Source: Bacteroidales bacterium
GTDB taxonomy: Bacteria > Bacteroidota > Bacteroidia > Bacteroidales > VadinHA17
Assembly (NCBI GenBank): GCA_035531395.1
Contig: DATKTA010000023.1
Span: 282,783-346,782 of the forward strand
Length of the DNA: 64,000 nt
Direction: 5' to 3'
Shown here one piece after another: positions 54,723 to 63,364 of the stretch. Position numbers and translations under genes: made by a program. Numbering within the stretch: the first letter of the stretch is position 1; each line of letters begins with the position of its first letter. Under the pieces are notes generated by a model. The model was not told the origin of the DNA and searched no databases. It saw only the letters and a list, made by a program, of their open reading frames with translations.

Positions 54723-55895
54723 CTACGATATTTTTCTGAGCGAACCAACATTATCCTTTATAATGACTCCATCGCCATGTTCTCCGAGATCAACTACAAG
54801 TTCCTTTAATGCCCCGTTGAAGGATACATTATCTTTAACTACCGAGCTTTCAAGTCCTTTTAAAACCATGCCATAGTCTGGAGAGTAGCCTCCTTTTCCG
54901 CCATCATCCCTTCCTGAATTAAGGGCATTACCCACAAATGTCAGCCCTTTTGCCCCCTCAATTCGTACATGCGAACTGTCGTAGTCATCATTTTTACCCC
55001 AGTCGGGCTTGCCGCTCCTGTAAACAACATTCCCTGTTACAGCGATGACTTCGCATCCCCTGTTTCTGCCCTGCAGAAGTGCAATCCCGCATCTGCCCGA
55101 GCGGTCGATATAGTTGCCGGTGATATTGTAATGAGAACCGCCATAGATCACGATTCCTCCTTCCCTGTTCCATTCAATCCGGTTGCCTGTTATTGTATTG
55201 GATGAATTTTCATCATATGAACCATATCCGGCCTTACCGTTTCCCGAGAACCAGTTGTCAAGAATAAATCCATCCCATCCACGTACTCTAAGACCACACC
55301 CTTTGTTGCCGTAGCAATGGCTGTGGCGGACAGCAAAGCACCATATCCTTTCCAGCTTTATCCCGTCTCCGCTGAAGCGCTCTATCCTGCAGGTGTCTAT
55401 TCTAGGAGTATCCTCCTGTTTTCCGTAATCGGGCTTGTCGATCAGGATTCCGTGTATTTCCGTCCCAAGGTTTTTTCCTTTCAGGCATAGGCCAAAGAGA
55501 TAAGCGCCGAAAGAGTTGGTCAGGTTAATAAGACACTTGGCTTTGTCATCATTCAGTGTAAGTATTGTTCCCATTCCATCCCTGTAGCTCCAGGCTGGCA
55601 GGCCATGAATTCCCACGCCTGCAGGGACCTTAAGTTCTCCGCAAAGGTAATTTCCTTCTGGAAGGAAGATGGCTCCAAATGATTTGCCGGCTGTATTAAG
55701 TGCTTTCTGAATGGCAGCAGTATCATCTGTTACACCATCACCTTTAGCACCGAAATCAAGTACATTAAGCAAACCCCTTGTTTTTTCATCTGGAAATCCT
55801 GCCGGTCGGTCCAATGATGCAGGAACAATTGTTGAAGCAACAAGTACTGAACCTGCCGACAAAAAGTCACGTCGTGAATAGCATGAATTTTCCAT
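54723..55895 (-). CDS. Right-handed parallel beta-helix (pectate-lyase-superfamily / GH28-like) protein with Tat signal
   Basis: ATG 55895 gives MENSCYSRRDFLSAGSVLVAST, a Tat motif. LNVLDFGAKGDGVTDDTAAIQKAL is the Pectate_lyase_3-type start. Repeated GN.I.GN coils follow. Confidence 0.7.
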   Translation of the reverse strand: MENSCYSRRDFLSAGSVLVASTIVPASLDRPAGFPDEKTRGLLNVLDFGAKGDGVTDDTAAIQKALNTAGKSFGAIFLPEGNYLCGELKVPAGVGIHGLPAWSYRDGMGTILTLNDDKAKCLINLTNSFGAYLFGLCLKGKNLGTEIHGILIDKPDYGKQEDTPRIDTCRIERFSGDGIKLERIWCFAVRHSHCYGNKGCGLRVRGWDGFILDNWFSGNGKAGYGSYDENSSNTITGNRIEWNREGGIVIYGGSHYNITGNYIDRSGRCGIALLQGRNRGCEVIAVTGNVVYRSGKPDWGKNDDYDSSHVRIEGAKGLTFVGNALNSGRDDGGKGGYSPDYGMVLKGLESSVVKDNVSFNGALKELVVDLGEHGDGVIIKDNVGSLRKIS

Positions 55896-56073
55896 AGTAT
55901 TATCCTCCAATGATTTATTTATAGTCAATTACTTATTCGATCACAATAAATTTATACTATTTGAAAGACTTTTAAGCATAAAAGGTGTAAATTTAATGGG
56001 CTTTACCCCCAAATCCCCCAAGGGGGGCTTTTAAGAACAGAATGAGAAACAAACAAAATATCAAATCTAGTGT

Positions 56074-57213
56074 ATGGATAAAAAATTTGCTCAGAGGTTT
56101 TTAAAAACTATATGGTTGTTCGGGTTTATTGCTCTTATAGATTCGTCCTGCAGGCAATCTGTTCCTGTTGCTTCATCTTCAACTGACAGTTTCCCGCCTA
56201 AACCTGAACCTGAGAGTTATGTATGCTACCGGACATTATCTCCTGTTGTTGTCGATGGAGTGCTTAACGAGGATGCATGGAACAAGGTACCATGGACGAA
56301 CGATTTCCGTGATATTGAAGGATCAGTAAAACCTCTGCCCTGGTATAAGACACGTGCTAAGGTACTTTGGGATGACAAGTATGTATATTTTGCAGCAGAG
56401 CTCGAAGATCCACATGTATGGGCAAAACTGAAACAGCGCGATACAATTATTTTCATCGATAATGATTTCGAGATTTTTATCGATCCCGATGGTGACACAC
56501 ACGCTTATTATGAGCTTGAAGTTAATGCCCTTGGAACTCCCTGGGATCTGCTTCTTCTCAAACCTTACCGTGATGGGGGGAAGGCAGTATTTGGATGGGA
56601 TATTGCAGGATTGAAGGTTGGTACCAAAGTTAATGGTACCTTAAATAATCCATCTGATGAAGATACGGGCTGGACTGTTGAAATAGCAATTCCATTCATT
56701 TCCTTGAGAGAAAGTATCGCCGGAGGTCGGCTACCGATGCCAGGAGACCAGTGGAGACTGGGATTCTCAAGGGTGGAATGGAAAACCCATGTTGAGAATG
56801 GAGCATACATGAAAGACATTAATCCAGCTACCGGCAGACCATTCCCTGAGGAAAACTGGGTATGGTCACCTCAGGGACGAATAAACATGCATATGCCTGA
56901 GATGTGGGGATATCTTCAGTTTTCAGGTATAATGGCAGGTGAAGGAACAGAAGAATTCAGACCTGATCCGGAATTTTCATTGAAATGGGCTCTCAGACTG
57001 ATATATTATGCTGAAAACGATTACTATTCAAAGAACGGTAAATTTTCAGAGAGTCTTGGCGATTTAGGTCTGACTATCAAGGATTTTCCTGAAGGGTTTT
57101 CGGAGCCAGTTATTCAGACAACCCGGACGACCTTCGAGGGTTATTTCCAGGGAATGGATAACCTGACAATCTATCAGGACGGAAAACTTGCAAGAAAAGT
57201 TGATGCTGAATAA
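56074..57213 (+). CDS. CBM9-like / DOMON-like carbohydrate-binding protein, lipoprotein
   Basis: VDGVLNEDAWNKVPWTNDFRDIEG...AKVLWDDKYVYFAAELEDPHVWA is a CBM9-like signature. IDSSC is lipobox-like. Confidence 0.6.
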   Translation: MDKKFAQRFLKTIWLFGFIALIDSSCRQSVPVASSSTDSFPPKPEPESYVCYRTLSPVVVDGVLNEDAWNKVPWTNDFRDIEGSVKPLPWYKTRAKVLWDDKYVYFAAELEDPHVWAKLKQRDTIIFIDNDFEIFIDPDGDTHAYYELEVNALGTPWDLLLLKPYRDGGKAVFGWDIAGLKVGTKVNGTLNNPSDEDTGWTVEIAIPFISLRESIAGGRLPMPGDQWRLGFSRVEWKTHVENGAYMKDINPATGRPFPEENWVWSPQGRINMHMPEMWGYLQFSGIMAGEGTEEFRPDPEFSLKWALRLIYYAENDYYSKNGKFSESLGDLGLTIKDFPEGFSEPVIQTTRTTFEGYFQGMDNLTIYQDGKLARKVDAE

Positions 57214-57229
57214 TTGGAATTCCATTTTT

Positions 57230-58306
57230 ATGATCCGGATTCTGGTTTTGTTTATTTCTGCAGTTTTTATCTGTAATTGCAGCGGGGAACCCGAAAAGAT
57301 TATAGGGGTTAAGATCTATGAGTACTCCGGGGATTATGAGAAACTGGTTTCTCAATGGGAGAAGATGGGAATAAATACTGCCTTTGTCAGTATTGACCTT
57401 GCAGCCGACACAAATTTCAGAAAAGCTTTTGAGATCAAAGGAATTAAGGTATTTATCATTTTCCCCGTATTTTTTAATCCTGAAACGCTTAACAGAGATT
57501 CTACTTTATTTGCAATTACAAATTCCGGGAAAAAAGCCAGGGAAGATTGGGTGGAATTTGTCTGCCCGTCAAGGAGTATTTACAGGAATGCAATGAAAGA
57601 GCAATTATCAGGTTTGATAAGTTCGCTTGATCCTGATGGTGTAAGCATTGATTTCATCAGGCAGTTTGTATACTGGGAAAAGATATATCCTGACAGGGAA
57701 TTTACTACAATTGAAAAATCATGCTATTGTGACAGTTGTATCTCCATGTTTTCAGCAAAGTTTAGAATATCAATTCCGGATTCGTGTGAAACCACTGCTG
57801 AAAAGGCAGAATGGATAGAGACCAGATATTCTTCTTCTTTTGATTCCTTCAGATGCGATCTTATTACTTCAATGGTCAGGGAGCTATCGGAAGAAGCACA
57901 CAATGTAAAAAAGGAAATTCTGGTAAATGTTCATTTAGTTCCCTGGAGAAATAATGATTATGGTAATGGCAGCATAAGAATTGCTGGTCAGGACCTTCGG
58001 AGTATAGAACCATATACAGACTATGCATCTCCAATGTGCTATTCGCAGATGCTGGACAGGGATGCAGAATGGATCTCAGATGTAGTGAAAGATATGGATA
58101 TCAGGGCAATGGGAAAGATACTTCCGAGCATTCAGGTCTTTCCTTATTATATCGACAGGTCTTTTACAGCAGCCGATTTCAGATTATGTCTTGAAGAGGC
58201 ATTAAAACCTCCATCAGAAGGCGTTGTCTTCTTCTCCTGGCCTTTGTTTGAAAAGGATTCAGCCCGGATGGAGGTTGTGAGAAAGGTAGTTAAGGAATTG
58301 AACTAA
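57230..58306 (+). CDS. Uncharacterised lipoprotein, putative glycoside-hydrolase-like TIM barrel
   Basis: ATG 57230 gives MIRILVLFISAVFICNCSG, which has a lipobox. The alternating beta/alpha pattern resembles GHL-type families. No catalytic motif can be assigned. Confidence 0.4.
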   Translation: MIRILVLFISAVFICNCSGEPEKIIGVKIYEYSGDYEKLVSQWEKMGINTAFVSIDLAADTNFRKAFEIKGIKVFIIFPVFFNPETLNRDSTLFAITNSGKKAREDWVEFVCPSRSIYRNAMKEQLSGLISSLDPDGVSIDFIRQFVYWEKIYPDREFTTIEKSCYCDSCISMFSAKFRISIPDSCETTAEKAEWIETRYSSSFDSFRCDLITSMVRELSEEAHNVKKEILVNVHLVPWRNNDYGNGSIRIAGQDLRSIEPYTDYASPMCYSQMLDRDAEWISDVVKDMDIRAMGKILPSIQVFPYYIDRSFTAADFRLCLEEALKPPSEGVVFFSWPLFEKDSARMEVVRKVVKELN

Positions 58307-58321
58307 CAACTGTCAAAAATT

Positions 58322-59614
58322 ATGAAACCACTTAGTATGTTTTCTATCTTAATATTTCTGTGTCTCTGTTTAGGGGCTTGCAGACATGGAAATAACGTAT
58401 CTAATTCATCCGGGTTGGAACTTCAGGTAAAGGCCGAGCCAATGCTGATCAGTCAGCTTGGCAATGAGCATTTTGGCAATGCTGTGTACAGGCGTGGGAT
58501 TAATGGCCCCAGTATTGCTGCATCGGGAAGCAGAATTCTTGAGTGGCAGGTTCAACAGTTTGCGCCTACCATGGAAGTGGTTCCTGCGAGTGCAGGGAAT
58601 TATCAGAATGGCGCCTGTGTGATTGATATAAACAATAACAATGTCGATGAAATGATTGTTGGACGTTCATCCGGTGATCTGACGACAGATTTATTGTGGT
58701 TTGAAGAAATAGCTGGTCAGTCTCACTGGAAAGAGCATTTTATTGCCAGTGTCAGTAAGGAAAAAGGAGCTGAAGGATTACATGATATTATGCCATTCGA
58801 AGCAAAAATCTCAGGAAAGATGGTACAGGGAGTCGTAGTATTAGCGAACCGCAATATATTGTACTGGTATGAAATTCCTGATGACTTTGCTCAACCATGG
58901 AAAGAACATAAGATAGCTGACTTGAAAAAATATGGTGCTGAATGTGCCCAGTCCGGATTAGTAACAGGTGATATTGCAGGGAATGGACGGCAGGATATTG
59001 TCTGCGGTAATTTCTGGGCGGAATGCCCTGCAGATCCCACAGTTGATTCCTGGGAGATTCATCGTTACAGTAATTGGGACATCAGAACGACCCCTGTTTT
59101 TCCCGGAGTACCAACCTGGGTAAATGATACAAGGTTTGGCGGTATGAACCAGCTCGATCTGGGTGATATGAATAGCGATGGGATGGTCGATATTGTAGCA
59201 ACTGATGCGGAAATTCCGGAAGCCCGTGTTGGTGTATTCTGTCGTGATATGAATGATCCTCGGAGTCTGTGGAACGTAATTCTTATAGATACCGGGTTAT
59301 ATTGTCCTCATAGCCTGGTTGTAACCGACGTCAACGCTGATAGTCGTCCCGACATAATTATAGGTGAAATGACCGCAGGTGGATGGATGTTTCCCGGGAA
59401 TAGCGATCCAAAGCTGTACCTTTATCTGAACCAGGGTAACCTGAAATTTGAGAAATATGTTCTTCATTCGGGATGGGGCATTCACATGATGCGGATGGCT
59501 TCTCATCAGGCTGATAACAAAACATTTATCTTTGGAGCAGATGAGATTCAGCCATGGTATGAAGATATGACCACTCATGTTGTCGGATGGACCATTCATT
59601 TACCGGACCTCTGA
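58322..59614 (+). CDS. FG-GAP/VCBS-repeat lipoprotein
   Basis: The lipobox is LCLGAC. Repeated calcium-binding-like loops are present: DINNNNVDEMIVG, GDIAGNGRQDIVCG, GDMNSDGMVDIVAT and TDVNADSRPDIIIGE. Confidence 0.7.
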   Translation: MKPLSMFSILIFLCLCLGACRHGNNVSNSSGLELQVKAEPMLISQLGNEHFGNAVYRRGINGPSIAASGSRILEWQVQQFAPTMEVVPASAGNYQNGACVIDINNNNVDEMIVGRSSGDLTTDLLWFEEIAGQSHWKEHFIASVSKEKGAEGLHDIMPFEAKISGKMVQGVVVLANRNILYWYEIPDDFAQPWKEHKIADLKKYGAECAQSGLVTGDIAGNGRQDIVCGNFWAECPADPTVDSWEIHRYSNWDIRTTPVFPGVPTWVNDTRFGGMNQLDLGDMNSDGMVDIVATDAEIPEARVGVFCRDMNDPRSLWNVILIDTGLYCPHSLVVTDVNADSRPDIIIGEMTAGGWMFPGNSDPKLYLYLNQGNLKFEKYVLHSGWGIHMMRMASHQADNKTFIFGADEIQPWYEDMTTHVVGWTIHLPDL

Positions 59615-59700
59615 TCCACATTGGTAAAACAATTTAAATGGCTCCAATTATTACTATAAATGGTATTTTTAGCCATTAATAATTTGTCAATTTCCCCCAA

Positions 59701-62061
59701 ATGAAAAAATTCCAGTTCGTATTATTATGCAGTCTTATTTTTCTGCTTGTTTCCGGTAGTATATTCTCACAGGGATCTCTTAAAATAGATAAGATAATGC
59801 TGGGAGACCGCTTCACCGGTTATTCTCCTGACAGGATAAACTGGTCTCCTTCCGGAAGTAGAATATATTTTAACTGGAATCCGGATATGGATACACTCCC
59901 CTCACTTTATTCAACCGGAACAGGTAAGCCTGTGCCTGAGAAGGTCAGCATCGGGGAGAGAAAAGGGATGCCGTCATTCAACGGGGTGTTTAACCGTGAC
60001 AGGTCAAAATGGATTTATGCAAAGGATGGGGATATCTTGATGCTGCAGGTTGGTTCCGGTATTGTGACACAGGTAACAAATACCACAGATTCTGAAAGCA
60101 ATCCGGTCTTCAGCCATAAAGAAGATCTTATAATTTTTAGTAAAGGGATGAACCTTTTTTCCCGGGAAATTAAAAGTGGTGCAATAAAGCAATTGACAGA
60201 CTTCAGGCAAGGAAAAGAAAAACAGGAAAATCAGGCTTATTCAAATGATAATGACAGGTGGTTGCATGAAGACCAGTTGAGGCTTTTTACTGTCCTGCAG
60301 GAAAGGAAACAGGTTAAGCATATTTCTGAGAAGGAAGATGAGGCACTCAAACCTGAAAGACCAAAAACAATTTATACAGGAACAGATCAGGTCAGGTATG
60401 TTAGGTTAAGTCCTGGCGGGGATTTCATTACATGGATCGCATCCTCTCCTGTTGAAAGTCAGAGAACTCTTATACCTGAATTTGTTACGGAATCGGGTTA
60501 TACCGAAGAGGAAAAAAGCCGCAGTAAGGTAGGATCGCCTTATGTATCCTCGTCAGTAATTCGTATATATGATATTAAGGGAGACTCTGTATATAAAGTA
60601 AATATTGATGATATTCCAGGGATAGATGACCAGATCGAATTTGCTTACAGGCAGCCTGCAAAAGATCCGAAGAAGCCTGAGAAAAGAGGTGTAATAATTT
60701 ACGGTCCCATGTGGTCAGATGACGGCAGGAATGCAGTTGTGGATATTTATTCCACCGATAATAAAGACCGCTGGATCATGTTACTCGATATTAAAACCGG
60801 AGGGTTAAAGCTTATTGACAGACAGCATGATGAAGCATGGATTGGTGGTCCGGGGATAAGGTACGGAGGAACTACTTCGTGGCTGCCGGATAACAGGAGG
60901 ATCTGGTTTCAGTCTGAAGCATCAGGATATTCTCATCTCTACACTGCTGATGTATTTACCGGTCAGAAAAAAGCTGTCACCACCGGGGAATATGAGATAT
61001 ATAATCCTTTGCTTTCCAGGGACAGGAAATACTGGTATTGTTTGTCGAATGAATCAGATCTCGGTATCAGAGAGCTTTACAGGATATCTGTCCTGAATGG
61101 GTCAAAGGTAAAACTGACTGATTTTGGAGGAGGCATTGAAGCCGAATTATCACCCGATGAGAAATATTTTGCATTAAGGGTTTCATATGCTACCAGACCA
61201 TGGGAGCTGTATCTGCTGGAAAACAGGGAGAAAGCTGTTCCTGTAAAGATCACAGAGTCGCTGACCAGAGAGTTCAGATCATATAACTGGCGCCAGCCTG
61301 AGTTTGTCCGCTTTAAAGCATCTGACGGTACAATGGTCCCGGCCAGGCTATATAAACCTTCATATAATGTTAAACAAGGGACTGCAGTGGTCTTTGTCCA
61401 TGGGGCCGGATATCTTCAGAATGTCCACAAATGGTGGAGCAGTTATTCGCGGGAATATATGTTTCACAATTTTCTTGTCGACAATGGTTATACAGTGCTT
61501 GATATTGATTACCGCGGCAGTTCCGGTTATGGCCGCGACTGGCGTACAGCAATCTACAGAGATATGGGTGGCAGGGATCTGGATGATCACATTGACGGAG
61601 CCAGGTACCTCGTTAAAGAGCAGAATATTGATCCTGGGAAGATAGGTATTTACGGAGGGTCATACGGAGGATTTATAACACTGATGGCAATGTTCACAAA
61701 GCCCGGGACATTCAGTGCAGGTGCTGCGCTAAGGCCTGTGACCGACTGGGCTCATTACAATCATGGTTATACATCTAATATTCTGAACACACCTGTAAGT
61801 GACAGCCTCGCCTATGTTAAAAGCTCCCCGATATATTATGCAGAGGGCTTTCAGGGTGCACTTCTTATTTGTCACGGCATGGTCGATGACAATGTCCATT
61901 TTCAGGATGTTGTCAGGCTAAGCCAGCGGCTAATTGAGCTGGGAAAAGATAACTGGGAGCTTGCAGTTTATCCGGTTGAGCAGCATGGATTTGTGGAACC
62001 TTCCAGCTGGACTGATGAATATAAGAGGATATTCAGATTGTTTGAGAGTAATCTGAAATAG
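59701..62061 (+). CDS. S9 family serine peptidase (prolyl oligopeptidase/DPP-like) with N-terminal beta-propeller
   Basis: The nucleophile motif is GIYGGSYGGF. The Asp context is CHGMVDDNVHF and the His context is VEQHGF. A signal peptide is present. Confidence 0.85.
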   Translation: MKKFQFVLLCSLIFLLVSGSIFSQGSLKIDKIMLGDRFTGYSPDRINWSPSGSRIYFNWNPDMDTLPSLYSTGTGKPVPEKVSIGERKGMPSFNGVFNRDRSKWIYAKDGDILMLQVGSGIVTQVTNTTDSESNPVFSHKEDLIIFSKGMNLFSREIKSGAIKQLTDFRQGKEKQENQAYSNDNDRWLHEDQLRLFTVLQERKQVKHISEKEDEALKPERPKTIYTGTDQVRYVRLSPGGDFITWIASSPVESQRTLIPEFVTESGYTEEEKSRSKVGSPYVSSSVIRIYDIKGDSVYKVNIDDIPGIDDQIEFAYRQPAKDPKKPEKRGVIIYGPMWSDDGRNAVVDIYSTDNKDRWIMLLDIKTGGLKLIDRQHDEAWIGGPGIRYGGTTSWLPDNRRIWFQSEASGYSHLYTADVFTGQKKAVTTGEYEIYNPLLSRDRKYWYCLSNESDLGIRELYRISVLNGSKVKLTDFGGGIEAELSPDEKYFALRVSYATRPWELYLLENREKAVPVKITESLTREFRSYNWRQPEFVRFKASDGTMVPARLYKPSYNVKQGTAVVFVHGAGYLQNVHKWWSSYSREYMFHNFLVDNGYTVLDIDYRGSSGYGRDWRTAIYRDMGGRDLDDHIDGARYLVKEQNIDPGKIGIYGGSYGGFITLMAMFTKPGTFSAGAALRPVTDWAHYNHGYTSNILNTPVSDSLAYVKSSPIYYAEGFQGALLICHGMVDDNVHFQDVVRLSQRLIELGKDNWELAVYPVEQHGFVEPSSWTDEYKRIFRLFESNLK

Positions 62062-62077
62062 GATAATAATTGGATAT

Positions 62078-63067
62078 TTATTTATTATCCATCAGGATTT
62101 TATCAATTGTATTTTTTATCCTTACCCAGGTAACGGAATTCATTTTTGCACCGATTGCTTCAATAACATTCCCGGCAAGCACTGATCCTAACAGTCCGCA
62201 TATCTCAAGAGAATAGTCCATTGCCAATCCATACAGAAAGCCTGAGGCATAGAGGTCGCCGGCTCCGGTGGTATCTTTAGGAGTCACTTTAATTGTGCCG
62301 ATCTTAATAATTTCTTCGCCCCTTTTTATCATCGAGCCCTCACTGCCGGTCTTAACAACAGCAATATCACACATTTCAGATAATATACCGAGTGCCTCTT
62401 CCGGTTCTTTGCCGGTAAAAGCCCTGGCCTCCTCCTCATTTGCGAAAATAATATCAGTATAATTTTCAACTATATCTTTGAAGTCCTGTAGTTTAGCTTC
62501 GACCACGTTGTAGCTTGCAAGGTCGAGGGCAACTTTAATCTTTTTGCTTCTGGCAATTTTACAGGCTTCCTCAATAAGGGGACGGTTAAAGATCAGGTAA
62601 CCCTCGAGATACAATATGTCATAACCTGAAAAGAAGTCTGATTTCAGATCTTCAGCAATAAGTTCGGTTGCAGCTCCCAGGTGAGTGGCAAAAGTTCTTT
62701 CCGAATCGGGTGATATAAGTGCAACGGCAGTTCCCGTAACGGATTCCCTGCGAATAAGAAAAGTGCTGATCCCGGCTGATTTCATATCATTTTCAAAGAA
62801 GTCACCCGTTTTATCGTTCCCGATAGAACCGATAAATCCAGCAGGCAGTCCCAGCATTCCCAGACCATGTATAGTATTTGCTGCAGATCCTCCTGAAGCC
62901 AGACTCTTCTGGAATTTATCGGTACCGAGTTTTACCTGAGCTGATTTTTCATGATCCACAAGTTGCATGCTCCCTTTTGGCAAAGAAAAATCCTGCAACA
63001 CATTATCACTATCTATCCGGGTCATTACATCTACGAGAGCATTCCCGATTCCGAGTATCTGCTTCAT
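62078..63067 (-). CDS. PfkB-family carbohydrate/adenosine kinase
   Basis: ILGIGNALVD, the GG dipeptide region SGGSAANT, and DTTGAGDLYASGFLYG (the PfkB signature 2) are all present. Confidence 0.85.
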   Translation of the reverse strand: MKQILGIGNALVDVMTRIDSDNVLQDFSLPKGSMQLVDHEKSAQVKLGTDKFQKSLASGGSAANTIHGLGMLGLPAGFIGSIGNDKTGDFFENDMKSAGISTFLIRRESVTGTAVALISPDSERTFATHLGAATELIAEDLKSDFFSGYDILYLEGYLIFNRPLIEEACKIARSKKIKVALDLASYNVVEAKLQDFKDIVENYTDIIFANEEEARAFTGKEPEEALGILSEMCDIAVVKTGSEGSMIKRGEEIIKIGTIKVTPKDTTGAGDLYASGFLYGLAMDYSLEICGLLGSVLAGNVIEAIGAKMNSVTWVRIKNTIDKILMDNK

Positions 63068-63156
63068 TCTAAAAAATTTTCTTTAAAGATATTGCTAAAT
63101 TCAGCAAAAGGCAGTATTTTTGCGACTCCAAATATGCAAATTATTTGTGAAACACA

Positions 63157-63222
63157 CCTCAGTAGCTCAGTTGGTCAGAGCGGTCCCGCGTACGCGGGAT
63201 TAATCCTCAGGCCGGCAAGGTG
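63157..63222 (+). pseudogene. Truncated tRNA-Asn-like copy (5' acceptor plus D-arm only) fused to a perfect 16-nt palindrome
   Basis: 63157-63181 (cctcagtagctcagttggtcagagc) matches the first 25 nt of the downstream tRNA-Asn with 1 mismatch. It is followed by tcccgcgtacgcggga (63184-63199, a perfect palindrome). There is no anticodon loop, T-arm or 3' acceptor strand. Confidence 0.5.
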
Positions 63223-63241
63223 AAAAAAGGAGAAAACATAT

Positions 63242-63315
63242 TCCTCAGTAGCTCAGTTGGTTAGAGCAACGGACTGTTAATCCGTGGGTCGTAAGTTCGA
63301 GTCTTACCTGGGGAG
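63242..63315 (+). tRNA. tRNA-Asn (anticodon GUU)
   Basis: I folded the cloverleaf manually. The acceptor is tcctcag/ctgggga. The D-arm is gctc-agttggtta-gagc. The anticodon arm is acgga-ctGTTaa-tccgt. The variable loop is gggtc. The T-arm is gtaag-ttcgagt-cttac. The discriminator is g. CCA is not encoded. Confidence 0.93.
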
Positions 63316-63334
63316 CAAAAACAAATAGATAAAG

Positions 63335-63364
63335 CCTTGATAAATAACCATATCGAGGTTTTTT
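63335..63364 (+). terminator. Intrinsic terminator after tRNA-Asn
   Basis: The stem pairs ccttgat (63335-41) with atcgagg (63352-58): 7 bp including one G-U. The loop is 10 nt and is followed by TTTTTT (63359-64). Confidence 0.6.

Noticed and set aside
62061-62090. AT-rich hairpin (ggataataa...ttattatcc) between the convergent S9 peptidase and kinase genes, considered as a bidirectional terminator
   Set aside because: The stem is almost entirely A-T, overlaps both stop codons and the kinase C-terminal codons, and lacks flanking U-tracts. The support is too weak.
62951-63223. 90-aa plus-strand ORF
   Set aside because: It overlaps the 5' end of the PfkB kinase gene antisense and then runs through the promoter region and the tRNA-like fragment. 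It has no motifs.
63156-63229. Possibility that the tRNA-like sequence is a functional tRNA with an 8-nt anticodon loop (a frameshift-suppressor type)
   Set aside because: The supposed anticodon arm is a perfect palindrome that pairs down to a GTAC tetraloop. There is no T-arm (no TTCGA-like loop), and the 3' strand pairs with only 5 of 7 acceptor positions. I call it a truncated relic instead.
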